NCBI GenBank assembly: GCA_977017575.1 | Contig: CDRNVI010000029.1 | Coordinates: 186,001-250,000, forward strand | Direction: 5' to 3' | Length of the DNA stretch: 64,000 nt | DNA from: Paramoeba atlantica | Taxonomy: Eukaryota; Protista; Discosea | In this document: positions 29,301 to 38,588 of the stretch, piece by piece | Numbering within the stretch: position 1 is the stretch's first letter | Layout of the letters: each line of letters opens with the position of its first letter | Notes under the pieces: generated by a model | Seen by the model: the letters and a program-made list of their open reading frames with translations, nothing else | Database searches by the model: none | What the model was told of the DNA's origin: nothing | Translations under genes and position numbers: made by a program

Positions 29301-31395
29301 TTTACGACGGCAGGCAAGAATTATAGAGATCGCTTCGAGACACTTGTCATTGGGTGGCCATTTGTATAAAAAATCTCTGATATCCGCTCTCCATGAAGAT
29401 CATAGAATACACTTGCCAAAGATTGCTTCCCGCCAAGACATACGATATCCTATCTCTGATAAAATAGATCTTCGGATAGAAGAGATTCTTACCTTTTTGC
29501 TAGGAATACGTCGTTGGATGACCTGTTTCATGAAAACGTTTTGCGTGACTTGCTCCGAACGAATCGTTTCTCGACTAATCGATCGAGTCTTACGGCCTGT
29601 TTTGAGTAGCCGAACAACGGAAATTGAGCATCGATGCTCGGCACAGATACTAGAAGGAGATTACTTGTGCCCTGGTCATCATGGTTGCGAAACGACTGTT
29701 AAAGTTTTATCACTTTTCATGGAAGGAAATGACTGGTTGCTCGATTTCTACACAGAACGAGAGAAGGAATACAGGCTCATCCATTGGTGCCTTAAAAACC
29801 GCGGCCTAGCGACACCCATCCGAGTTTGTCACATGACCAGAAATGCACCTTACGGAGGACTCGTCTCTTGTCTCCCTACTGCGTACGACGCACAATATGA
29901 TGTTACCGACCAGGGCGCTCGTTCGAATAGTTTAGTAACATTCCCGAGTGGTGGCGAAGAAAACAGATTGGGGTCGATGCCTCAGCGCTGGTGGCAAGTT
30001 ACCAGAAATGTCACTAGTACTTTGTTTCGGATAGCGATTCATACACCAGAGAGCGATCGCACGAAATCTGTCCTCAATGAAGCTCTTTTGACTCAATCTA
30101 GTGAGCAGCTCACCCGCGCACGTGATCTGATCGTGCAGTGCTCATTCGGAGTAGCTGGCCATACAGTAACACAGGTCGAGGACTTATCTTGTTACGAAAT
30201 TTTGTCCTTAACGCCTGAGAATTCAAAGCTGTTTGGTCCTATGGCCCTTTTGCACTTCAAAAATGGCCTGCGTTACGGGTCCGCGGTAGTAAAATCTGTT
30301 TCAGATCAAAGGAGCAACCCTTCGCACTATGACACACGCAAAATCATGACGTCAAACATTGAGTCTAGTAACGTAGAGAATGGAAGGGAGACAAGTTTGG
30401 TAGACGAATGTGCAGTCAAACACGACCTTCCTTGCGTTACCCTTTTAATAGGGAACGCAAGTAGCGTTGACGTGAGCCTTGCTGTCGAAAGCGAAGCGTC
30501 ATGCTCCACACAGACCACGGACTCCAACATGGATGATACAAACTGCGCCATGCCTCTGCAAGGTACAATTTTTATCGCACGTGACACAATTCTTAGAAAA
30601 TCCACAGAAACAGAAGCCAATGTGATACTTCCTTGGGAAGATGCAGTACTTGACGAACTAAAATCCAGTTCTGATAAGCAGAGCGAAGACTCATTGACGA
30701 TTTTAATGGACAGCAGATCGAACCACTGGATACTTCATCTGGCGGAATGTACAGTTGGTATTACGTGGCATGAAATTGTAATGCGTTGGAATATGGAAAA
30801 TGACATCACGACTCTGTGGGACAGGATAAGGAATGTAAATAGCACATGGTACAATAGTCTTTCAGAAAGTAAATGTGTCGAGCATAATCGAGCTCTTCGT
30901 GATTTTCAAACGAGTGTCACAGGATCTGCTGCCGTTTCACAACTTTTAAGGGATCCACGATTTCGAATTGATTGGCCCAGTAATGCGTTAGTGTTAGCAC
31001 CAGAAAATACGACACCAATGTGTTCACTGCCCAGTAATCTGTCCATCTTTCATTCCTTGAAAACAGGATTTCCGACCAATTCTGTTTTTCAGGAGAAAAT
31101 GAGACGTGAAATAATTGACCATTTACTGTTTTATCCTTGTGCCGAGGAAGCGGAAATCTGGAAAGCAACATTATTAGACAAGATATTAACCCCATCAGAA
31201 TTTAGCTTCGTGTTAGACACAATGGTAGATGAAGAAATAGTGATTCCACAGTATGCTCGAACACGTAAAGCAGTGTATAACCAGCGTTTTATCTCAAACA
31301 ATGACAGTACGCGACATCACGATGAAAGAACTACATGGATTCGGGGTTTTATGATAAAAACTTCGATGAGTCAAGCACCGGACTTGACCTATTGA
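26374..31395 (+). CDS. Large protein, probable TFIIIC B-block-binding subunit (Tau138/GTF3C1-like)
   Basis: 1673 aa; FLLEILARAPHG (winged-helix B-block-like), RARVLHYFL and C-terminal IIDHLLFYPC.EE.EI...ILTPSEFSFVLDTM resemble GTF3C1 conserved blocks. Confidence 0.5.
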   Translation: MNALLQDIECFVTANTGEGATCSLHDVRLSFTNASRRSIGKTRIPYRSEPDFQVLIAGSLIVDEYTWPWVRKEILNNPNLVVAIKRPQETLPYVVNGRSASSSTESISAFDDEVIDLFPGEHLLSKLLLYWTAEEAKYDEIMKVAHHIYVSGRVGISSHDLGTNLNISIVSVISIISRGLEPFGLVSAYSLRGNKIWVHVRWIYPEGKMTIFVASPENWISPSASQPKKQKRVKMKSTTTDTSVLHQNTPNDLSTSMFIQIFRNAYVPIQYFSLTHCIKPAILQTLNIHMWNSELNVSETALRFRFLVEKHRLRRIKDVEDLFQSESTKFVYCKRPATGYKLVISTRSTTDRSAQIGGVMRNVWEVELYPLLVTLRLVGKVVESDESLQIMRGRTKSLVLEGVTSAEMHTSMDDSTSTRKLRRYFLLEILARAPHGALERYSLYQSVKKNCGNLDKKTYNRMLQTLLREKVLKSTTVTIRGGPMHLICYPDHDDNDIIDDRAAYNKILHLNLENTHKSLTVSFAGQPPMKEKGLQSWRPPDERQKHNEKLRKERQKIKLRKEAASLFLSSEKIAETYYVVNVNGFINSSYGRARVLHYFLVDLILRKMRLQSLEYNGLQNVPSIDTDNLLEFCGTFELYPSDIVKVMSMEIVCAIFRFPIDFSLFFPIEAETHSSCQRFLQRFILPKECRQISVGNLRRASGKREILQKEILRRLPTLFNRLQNLCLINIHSFRPQSGAFLGHNSSIGKIGVLFEGSLLGQFPFAIPLPFGPEGEIERSRRIEDALRDIWYKCCDHVVRNSPSIARRLLVDHTQFITSSEKQYLDELPLEPYYLPCFDNLSVLEDKFQAYRNSFTRYFLRRREEHTLRVCKEGKFTNSIALDEGFPLEKEVVLTPWDESINSNKLCFQAAQNGIIAWWRIRKMENIEGTQVTKSISVNNQNISQLERESDISERRGTEKDQYDPSYMPGHGEKCQTLRRQARIIEIASRHLSLGGHLYKKSLISALHEDHRIHLPKIASRQDIRYPISDKIDLRIEEILTFLLGIRRWMTCFMKTFCVTCSERIVSRLIDRVLRPVLSSRTTEIEHRCSAQILEGDYLCPGHHGCETTVKVLSLFMEGNDWLLDFYTEREKEYRLIHWCLKNRGLATPIRVCHMTRNAPYGGLVSCLPTAYDAQYDVTDQGARSNSLVTFPSGGEENRLGSMPQRWWQVTRNVTSTLFRIAIHTPESDRTKSVLNEALLTQSSEQLTRARDLIVQCSFGVAGHTVTQVEDLSCYEILSLTPENSKLFGPMALLHFKNGLRYGSAVVKSVSDQRSNPSHYDTRKIMTSNIESSNVENGRETSLVDECAVKHDLPCVTLLIGNASSVDVSLAVESEASCSTQTTDSNMDDTNCAMPLQGTIFIARDTILRKSTETEANVILPWEDAVLDELKSSSDKQSEDSLTILMDSRSNHWILHLAECTVGITWHEIVMRWNMENDITTLWDRIRNVNSTWYNSLSESKCVEHNRALRDFQTSVTGSAAVSQLLRDPRFRIDWPSNALVLAPENTTPMCSLPSNLSIFHSLKTGFPTNSVFQEKMRREIIDHLLFYPCAEEAEIWKATLLDKILTPSEFSFVLDTMVDEEIVIPQYARTRKAVYNQRFISNNDSTRHHDERTTWIRGFMIKTSMSQAPDLTY

Positions 31396-31962
31396 ACGTT
31401 GTAATTGATGCGAAAGTTAAAGTCGTATAAAATTTTTGTACATTATTCTGTGTTCGGAATCTGTGCATAACTGGTCTCGTGTAAGCGTTTCTTTTTTTGG
31501 TCAGATTGAACGTATAATATGGGAGTATACAAGAAAATCATATAGAAGTGCACATTTTTTTTGAGCATGAAAAGTTTGCAGCTAGTTTTGAAAAAAAAAC
31601 GCCAAGTAGAAATCGCCATTGGTTTCAATGAGATTGGGTCGGTTCGCCTCGGTTCGCTTCGTTTCGTCCAGGTGACGTATTTTTAAGTTTCACCCCTCTT
31701 AACCTCACTTAACCTCACTAAACGGAAGACGTGAGACAGTTCATTTCAAGACACCCACAACAAAACCCACCATCAAATGATTGACCATGATTTCACCCGT
31801 ACCTGAGAACGTAAAAAGGACAAAGATAGTAGCAAAGATTCTAAACTAAACCCTGTTCCGGGTTATTGTGCCCCCCCTGCACAATAACTGTCTCTAGGCA
31901 CAATAACTGGCTCTAGGCACAATAACTAAATATTGGAAAACCAAAAAAAGGGTAAAAAAATT

Positions 31963-33792
31963 CAGGGTTCGCAGAAACTATAAAACTATCAATATAGTAC
32001 TATTGGAAAGTCGCCGTTCTCAAATCCCCTTTTTACGGCGGACTTCCTAGGAACCATTCCTTTCGAGCACAAAGGTGAGGACATGCAGGGCAAAGCCAAA
32101 AACGCCCTCCAAGGACTCACTCAGGGTACGCCGGCCAAGGAGCTGAGACGCAGCTTCTGTGAGGCCGCCATCCAGAAGGCCCCCTCGGCCACGCATTTGG
32201 TCTGTATGAGACAGATTCAAAATATCCACTCTACCAAATGGATGAATGCGTGGCCGAACAGGCCGGAATACTACATGCGGGACCCCGAGTGGGAAACAAC
32301 GGCCCGCCTTCGGTACTTGGTCTCCCCGGCCTCCGAACCTGAACTACAGTGCGTGTGCGGCGCCACCCTCAGGAACGAGGATTTTTGCGTCCACGCGCTG
32401 GACTGCAAGAAGGTCAGGGGCAAGACCCAAGCCTCCCGACATAAATTAGTTAAGGAAACCTTCCGAAACCTCCTAATCAACTATGGTTTCTCCCCAGACC
32501 TGTGCGAACCCAGGTTCGACAACGGTCGAGGCCCTGACATATGCTTGGCCGGAAGACATCCAACTTGGCCGGAAGCTCGCCCTTGTGGACGTCACCGTGG
32601 TCAACCCACTGGCCCCATCCCTCTTATACACTGAGGATGGCGGAAGGCAACAAGCGCCGCGCCCATGACGAGATGGCGGCCGCCAGAGGGATGGATTTTT
32701 TCCCCCTGGCCTTCACCACCTATGGGGTGCCTGGCCCAGAGTCCCTCAATTTTCTCAATAGGGTGGCCAGAGCACACACGTCCGACAGGGCCGGATGTCT
32801 CTCTCACCTTCTGATGGCTATGGGAGTAGCCATCCAGAAGGGCAATGCCCAGATAGTGCAAGCGGCGGTACAGGATTGGTACCGTCGCGGGGTGCGCTAA
32901 CTGGGGTAGGAGCGGGGGGTGAAAATATAAATATAAATTCACTTATCATTTTATTTATGTACTATATAGTTACTATAAACTTTTTTCGAAAACTATAAAA
33001 AACTATATTTTTTTGTTTCACATTTTAAGCACTCCGAAGCTCACCAACACGCCATAAATACACGGCGAATTCATTTGTGTACGATTTTTCTTATTTTAAA
33101 ACCCGAAAATTGATGCCCGAAATTAAAGTTACGAGGGGTAGTTTCTGCAAAGATTATTTTAGTGAACTGCTGCACACGGAGGGAAGTAAACAAGCGGTTG
33201 AATGTAACTTGTGTCAGGAGGGGACGTACCCCAGTCCCATCGCGTGGCCTTGACAGATTGCCTTGTGCGAATCTTGCGTCCCGAACATCTTCTAACCGCA
33301 TCGCTGTCGCCGCGCGTTGGCTGGAGCCACCGACGTTATGTCTTGGGACTGAATAACTGCTGCTCACAATTCTATGAGTTTGAATAAATACAATCATATG
33401 AGTCTGAATAAATTACGCGGTGTGTTGTCGAGTGGAGAGTTTGTACTTCCTATCGTCACTCCTTTCGCATGCGTTTCATTGCTATTTCCGAGGAGATGAC
33501 ACACTAGTTGATTCACTCCAGAATTTCTTGTCATATCATACGTATGTAAGCGTGTAAGAACGCATGTAGAGGCGTGTGTATGTCCTTCACAAGCGGAGAG
33601 GACTCAAAAAATATCACTAATAAAGTGAAAAAAACTTTATAGTTTTCTTATAGTTTTATAGTAAAATATAGTAAATATAGTACTACATAGTACTATATAG
33701 TAACTATATTACTATTAACTATAGTACTATATAGTAACTATATTCAATGAAAAAAACTATATTTTACTATATTATAGTTTCTGCGAACCCTG
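31963..33792. mobile_element. Inner non-autonomous TIR element with 9-bp TSD (MULE/foldback-like)
   Basis: Perfect 21-bp TIR cagggttcgcagaaactataa (31963-31983) / ttatagtttctgcgaaccctg (33772-33792); flanking direct repeat AAAAAAATT at 31954-31962 and 33793-33801; AT-rich ACTATA/TATAGT subterminal arrays at 31978-32003, 32959-33010 and 33637-33780. Confidence 0.8.
32004..32958 (+). mobile_element. 5'-truncated, frameshifted CRE/SLACS/CZAR-like non-LTR retrotransposon (CCHC knuckle + restriction-like endonuclease)
   Basis: Reconstructed WMNAWP...ARLRYL..P...CVCG(x10)HALDC...SRHK...PDI(QLG)RKLALVDVTVVNP...NKRR...FFPLAFTTYG..G.ES...L..A.GVAIQKGNA; frameshifts near 32540 (19-nt imperfect tandem duplication) and near 32625; AT-rich tail; candidate TSD GTACTAT at 31997-32003 and 32959-32965. 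Confidence 0.8.
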
Positions 33793-33802
33793 AAAAAAAT
33801 TT

Positions 33803-33827
33803 TGGCGCCGCTTCGCGGCGCCTTTTT
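33803..33827 (+). other. GC hairpin followed by T6 inside the outer MITE
   Basis: ggcgccgc-ttc-gcggcgcc-tttttt: 8-bp stem plus T-run. Function unknown. Confidence 0.6.
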
Positions 33828-34714
33828 TATGTACAAACACGTTCATGTGCAGAATAAGTTCTATTTAAGGGATGCGTTGTGGAAAAAACTAAGTTATTTT
33901 CGAGAAAATGGGAATAAAAAACAAACAAAAGATTACGGCACCGACTGGCAGCGCCATATTTGGGGGGGGGACAATAATAGTGGTTGTTTCCACTTATTGT
34001 GCCCCCCCTGCACAATAAGTAGCTCTAGGCACAATAACCCGGAACAGGGTTTATATCTTTTACAAGCAACAGAAACAAAAAATAATAATAAAAAAGATTG
34101 TTTCTATTTTTTTTGAAAAAGTGTGCAAAATTTGTTCAATTCCACCCTTTTTTCGAAGCCGTACCTCAGCGGGACGTCCTCAAAAAGTAAGGGGACCTTA
34201 CCGTACAGGGGTGGGCACGAAAATGTGCCCAAAATTTGTAAAACTTGGCCAATTTTGGAAAATAATAGCGCGTTAGAGAGCTCTCGCAGAGTTACGGGTC
34301 ACCCAACTGCTCGTTTAAAACATTTTTCTTTTGTCAAAAGATACACGTTTTGGAAAATTAAAATTCTACAGTTAAGCCACTTTTTATTCTTTCTGCCCTT
34401 ACTTTTGTTGTATGGCCCAGAGATTTTCAAACAACCGAAAGGTACAGAAACGTTCAAGGGGATGCTGCAGCCCTCGACAAATAAAAGCATCCCACAGGAT
34501 TGTCTTAGTAAAAAAATATAAGGAAGCTGGTTCTTTTGAAATTGAACTTCAATTATTGAAGCACACAGAAACGCTAAATGTTCTAAAAATCGATAAAAAT
34601 TACATTATGCACTCAGAGATTGAATTATCGAAAGGAGAACGACATCTAGCAATTAGTTCTTTTGGCATAAAAAATATAATATATTTCCAGAGCCCTGATA
34701 AATACGTTATTTTC

Positions 34715-36406
34715 ATGCCCTCTTCTTTCGCGATAAAACCCATAGTACTTCTTCTCGGTACTGAATTCTTCGTACGCCTGGCATACTATGGGGTTGTGTT
34801 TACGTTTGCGTCCTTCCTACAGTATCCTTTGTTGCTTTCACCGCAGAAGATCAACCTCGTGATAAACGCATTTTGGGCGATGTGCGCCGTGGCCTCTATT
34901 CTCTTCGGTATTACCGCTGACATTTGCTACAGAGGAGAAGTCAGTATTTTACGTGTGGGTGCCATGATTTACACAATTGCACTTGGCATGCTCGCTTTTT
35001 CTGCCTATTTTGACGTTTTCGGTTTTCAGCGCCCCGGAATGGAAAGCCTTCACGTTGCTGGAGTCTCTTCGAACCACGTGGCGGTTACATTATTCCTCAT
35101 CGGGATTCTACTATTCTCTTTGGGATATGGCGCCATAAAAACGACGATCGGTCCCTTATTAGGGAACATGGCTAGCTACATTGAAGAAACCAGCTCCACT
35201 GCGATGTCCTCAGAGGACTCTTCCACGGACCATGAAAAAAACTTCTCTCCCATGACACAGAGATTGTTTGGGATCTACTATTGGGTTATCAATGCTGGGG
35301 CGTTCATCGGCATTTTGCTGTGTCCGGAATTTTGCTCGCGGGCGGACAAGTACTGGAATGTTTGTCCCTCACAGATCTCCGGGTTGGACAAGTCCCACGC
35401 GGAGAGTAGGCCCGTGGAGGGAATTGTGCCGTGCGCGTCGTACTGGGCACCCTACGCGTTCTGCGCGCTTGTGAGTGTAGCAAGTTTGGTTCTCACAATT
35501 CTGTTTCGCTCGCCAAAGAAGAGACTTTCTGTAGATAAAGAGAATTTGACGCAAATCTCTGCGACTGATGCTGGGAAATCAGCCCATCGCGAGCAGCCTT
35601 TATCCTTTCACACGAAATTTCGTATAATCAAGAGCATACTTTTTGAAACTGTTACACGAACGGCGGACAAGCAAACCCCTGAAAGAGCTATGAATTCTCC
35701 AGTATTTGAGTTAGAGAAGAGAAAATTGAAACGAATTCTTACGCTCTTTGCTGTGCTACCCCTTTTCTGGGTTCTGGCTAATCAGCAGTCTTCCAACTAT
35801 ATATTGCAGGCGAATTACATGGCCCGACCCTCGTGGTTAGCATCTCCGAGCGCTCTGAATGGACTAAACACCATAATTCTTCTCATCGTCATTCCGCTGC
35901 TGGAGATTATTTTTGCAAAAAGCGCGTTTGCTCACCGATTTAGCTCTCCGAAATGGCGAATCGCCGGAGGTTTACTCCTGTCTGCTATTGGCCTAGCCTA
36001 CGCAGCCATTTTACAGTGGACGCTAGATAGCCGAGGAAATTTTGACACGCTGGGCAACTATGAGTTACACGGGAACGATAAATTATCCATCTGGGTACAA
36101 GTTCCCCTGTACGTCGTGCAAAGTATTGCCGAGAGCTTGACAAGTATTACGACTCTTCAACTGGCCTATACTTGGGCACCTACAATGCTAAAATCGTTTT
36201 GCATGTCATTATACATTTTTACATCATTTGTCGCCTCACTGGTTGGTATGACCCTTGTACCATTGTCGACCCCCTCACGCTTTGTGTACCTGTTTTCGGG
36301 CTGCGCATTCGCAATGCTCCTAGAATTTATCTTGTTTGTTGTGTTTTTTAACGATAATTTGCAAAGTGCGACTGATGATGAATGTGCAAGATATTCTGGG
36401 CAATGA
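34715..36406 (+). CDS. Proton-dependent oligopeptide transporter (POT/PTR2 family)
   Basis: EFFVRLAYYG (ExxERxxYYG-like), FGITADI, LGYGAIKTTIGPLLG, FGIYYWVINAGAFIG, W.QVP.Y.VQSIAE and Y.WAP..LKS. Start uncertain (ORF open from 34412). Confidence 0.9.
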   Translation: MPSSFAIKPIVLLLGTEFFVRLAYYGVVFTFASFLQYPLLLSPQKINLVINAFWAMCAVASILFGITADICYRGEVSILRVGAMIYTIALGMLAFSAYFDVFGFQRPGMESLHVAGVSSNHVAVTLFLIGILLFSLGYGAIKTTIGPLLGNMASYIEETSSTAMSSEDSSTDHEKNFSPMTQRLFGIYYWVINAGAFIGILLCPEFCSRADKYWNVCPSQISGLDKSHAESRPVEGIVPCASYWAPYAFCALVSVASLVLTILFRSPKKRLSVDKENLTQISATDAGKSAHREQPLSFHTKFRIIKSILFETVTRTADKQTPERAMNSPVFELEKRKLKRILTLFAVLPLFWVLANQQSSNYILQANYMARPSWLASPSALNGLNTIILLIVIPLLEIIFAKSAFAHRFSSPKWRIAGGLLLSAIGLAYAAILQWTLDSRGNFDTLGNYELHGNDKLSIWVQVPLYVVQSIAESLTSITTLQLAYTWAPTMLKSFCMSLYIFTSFVASLVGMTLVPLSTPSRFVYLFSGCAFAMLLEFILFVVFFNDNLQSATDDECARYSGQ

Positions 36407-36748
36407 TTTCATTTTTTGACGATTATTAATCTTCGTGGAAGATGAATTAAAAAACTATTGTTTCATTCCATTAAAGGTTAAATACAGTGGTGTTCAGCCT
36501 CTTTTACCCCCCCCCTACAGGTCTTGTATTTTGTCCGATTTTGGAAATATTTAGTATAACACCGTTTTTCGACCCAATCGTTCCGAATCCGAGGTCCTTT
36601 TCACTCGAGCGACCCCCTACCCCCCCTAGCCAGGTAGGGGTCAAAAAAGCTAATTGCGACTTTTTTCGGGGCATGTTTTCGAATTTTTCGGATGAGGAAC
36701 AGTAGTAAAGTAGGTCAGAAGACGTGGAAAAAGAGTACAAAGTAATCT

Positions 36749-37645
36749 CTAGTATTTAGTCATATGCCCTTTGGCCTCCTTGACCAAAAGTAAACGTTTA
36801 CGATAGTTCCGGAAGATATTCTTAAACGTTTCCGGTTGATCTTCGGAAAAAAAACGAAAAATTTCAATGATGGACTCCCGAAGTTGAGTCCTGTTTCGGG
36901 GTTTCAGCACATCCTTTACGCGGCGAGACATCGCTGCCCACCCCGTTTCAACGGGGTTTAAATCAGGGGAGAGAGGGGGGAAGTCAAGACGACGTTTCAG
37001 ATACTTTTTTTTAACAATCGAGTGGGTGGGGGCGTTGTCCATTTGTAGGATGGGCTTCCGGTGCGAACGAAAAAAACTGGCCATGCCACTTTCTTCATAA
37101 GCCAGTAAAATCTGTTCGGAGTTAACAGAAGCACCCTGTTCTCCCTCAAAGATGAAGAACAGACCGTAGTTATAGGAATACCCCATCCACACCATTATCC
37201 CCCTCACCCCAAAATGTTTTCCCCGCCGGTCCGATTGCCTCAGACGAGGTGCTCGCTTGCGACCGACGTAAAAGTCGGCGTTTGACCCCGCACAGCAACT
37301 GAACAGTTTTTCGTCGGTAAAAACAATGTTCAGGTAGTCAGCGTCACTCCACTTAAGCATGTCCTTCACATACTTAAGACGGAGTTGAATGTGACGCGGT
37401 TTGAGACCAAGGTCTTTGGCCTTGCGAAGGCGCCCATAGCCCTTAAAATTAAGAGCTCGCCGGACACTACTCAGGGAGCTTCCATGATTGCTTCGCACCT
37501 CGCGATGCACGACAGAGAACGTAGGACAACCCTCCACAGTATCCTTCGACACTCTCCGGCACGCAGAAACACGTTTACAATAGTTCCGGAAGATATTCTT
37601 AAACGTTTCCGGTTGATCTTCGGAAAAAAAAACGAAAAATTTCAA
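36749..37645 (-). CDS. Duplicated transposase catalytic domain carrying the native C-terminus
   Basis: Near-identical second copy of the second-HTH/DDE region ending ...NIFRNYRKRLLLVKEAKGHMTKY*; no own ATG-led N-terminal HTH. Confidence 0.75.
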   Translation of the reverse strand: MKFFVFFSEDQPETFKNIFRNYCKRVSACRRVSKDTVEGCPTFSVVHREVRSNHGSSLSSVRRALNFKGYGRLRKAKDLGLKPRHIQLRLKYVKDMLKWSDADYLNIVFTDEKLFSCCAGSNADFYVGRKRAPRLRQSDRRGKHFGVRGIMVWMGYSYNYGLFFIFEGEQGASVNSEQILLAYEESGMASFFRSHRKPILQMDNAPTHSIVKKKYLKRRLDFPPLSPDLNPVETGWAAMSRRVKDVLKPRNRTQLRESIIEIFRFFSEDQPETFKNIFRNYRKRLLLVKEAKGHMTKY

Positions 37646-38588
37646 TGATGGACTCCCGAAGTTGAGTCCTGTTCCGGGGTTTCAGCACATCCTTTACGCG
37701 GCGAGACATCGCTGCCCACCCCGTTTCAACGGGGTTTAAATCAGGGGAGAGAGGGGGGAAGTCAAGACGACGTTTCAGATACTTTTTTTTAACAATCGAG
37801 TGGGTGGGGGCGTTGTCCATTTGTAGGATGGGCTTCCGGTGCAAACGAAAAAAACTGGCCATGCCACTTTCTTCATAAGCCAGTAAAATCTGTTCGGAGT
37901 TAACAGAAGCACCCTGTTCTCCCTCAAAGATGAAGAACAGACCGTAGTTATAGGAATACCCCATCCACACCATTATCCCCCTCACCCCAAAATGTTTTCC
38001 CCGCCGGTCCGATTGCCTCAGACGAGGTGCTCGCTTGCGACCGACGTAAAAGTCGGCGTTTGACCCCGCACAGCAACTGAACAGTTTTTCGTCGGTAAAA
38101 ACAATGTTCAGGTAGTCAGCGTCACTCCACTTAAGCATGTCCTTCACATACTTAAGACGGAGTTGAATGTGACGCGGTTTGAGACCAAGGTCTTTGGCCT
38201 TGCGAAGGCGCCCATAGCCCTTAAAATTAAGAGCTCGCCGGACACTACTCAGGGAGCCTCCATGATTGCTTCGCACCTCGCGATGCACGACAGAGAACGT
38301 AGGACAACCCTCCACAGTATCCTTCGACACTCTCCGGCACGCAGAAACACATGCTTCAACGTGCCTTTGTGTAAGGACCGTACGCACCCCCTCGCGAGGT
38401 GGAGTACTGACATGCCCGTGCTCCTCATACTTCCGCACCCAATACTTTACAGTTCTGGGGGCAAGTTTATGGAGTTTTGCGACTGCCTTATAGGACTTAA
38501 GTCGCTCGTAATCGATTACGAGTGCCGTACGCATCTCGGGGCGCACGCGGGAGGAAGGTAAACACAGGGGGCGGCGCCTCTTCGTCAT
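37599..38588 (-). CDS. Tc1-like transposase (HTH + DD29E); C-terminus altered by a 1-nt homopolymer shift
   Basis: N-terminal HTH (YKAVAKLHKLAPRTVKYWVRKY); VFTDEKLF, LQMDNAPTH and SPDLNPVETGW catalytic motifs. Confidence 0.9.
   Translation of the reverse strand: MTKRRRPLCLPSSRVRPEMRTALVIDYERLKSYKAVAKLHKLAPRTVKYWVRKYEEHGHVSTPPREGVRTVLTQRHVEACVSACRRVSKDTVEGCPTFSVVHREVRSNHGGSLSSVRRALNFKGYGRLRKAKDLGLKPRHIQLRLKYVKDMLKWSDADYLNIVFTDEKLFSCCAGSNADFYVGRKRAPRLRQSDRRGKHFGVRGIMVWMGYSYNYGLFFIFEGEQGASVNSEQILLAYEESGMASFFRLHRKPILQMDNAPTHSIVKKKYLKRRLDFPPLSPDLNPVETGWAAMSRRVKDVLKPRNRTQLRESIIEIFRFFFRRSTGNV

Larger units (their letters stand above)
31849..34051. mobile_element. Outer non-autonomous TIR element (MITE, ~365 bp once the inserts are removed)
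   Basis: Perfect inverted repeat taaaccctgttccgggttattgtgcc (31847-31872) / ggcacaataacccggaacagggttta (34028-34053), consistent with TA target duplication; subterminal GCACAATAA motifs in both arms; identical 25-mer at 31863-31887 and 33994-34018. Confidence 0.85.

Noticed and set aside
31636-31720. Short repeats ggttcgcctc/ggttcgcttc and cttaacctca x2 upstream of the nest
   Set aside because: Only 2-3 imperfect units with no matching terminus or TSD found; insufficient to call an element or telomeric relic.
31863-31925. Short repeats with spacers as a possible CRISPR array
   Set aside because: Eukaryotic context, 19-bp period without unique spacers, no cas genes; these are transposon subterminal repeats.
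32958-32967. tgtactatat at the retroelement 3' junction resembles the 3' end of the trypanosomatid spliced-leader exon
   Set aside because: It is part of the host element's ACTATA array; no other SL-RNA features are nearby, so a chance match is likely.
33071-33397. 108-aa - strand ORF inside the inner TIR element as a possible transposase remnant
   Set aside because: No DDE, MULE or hAT motif could be recognised and upstream frames contain stops.
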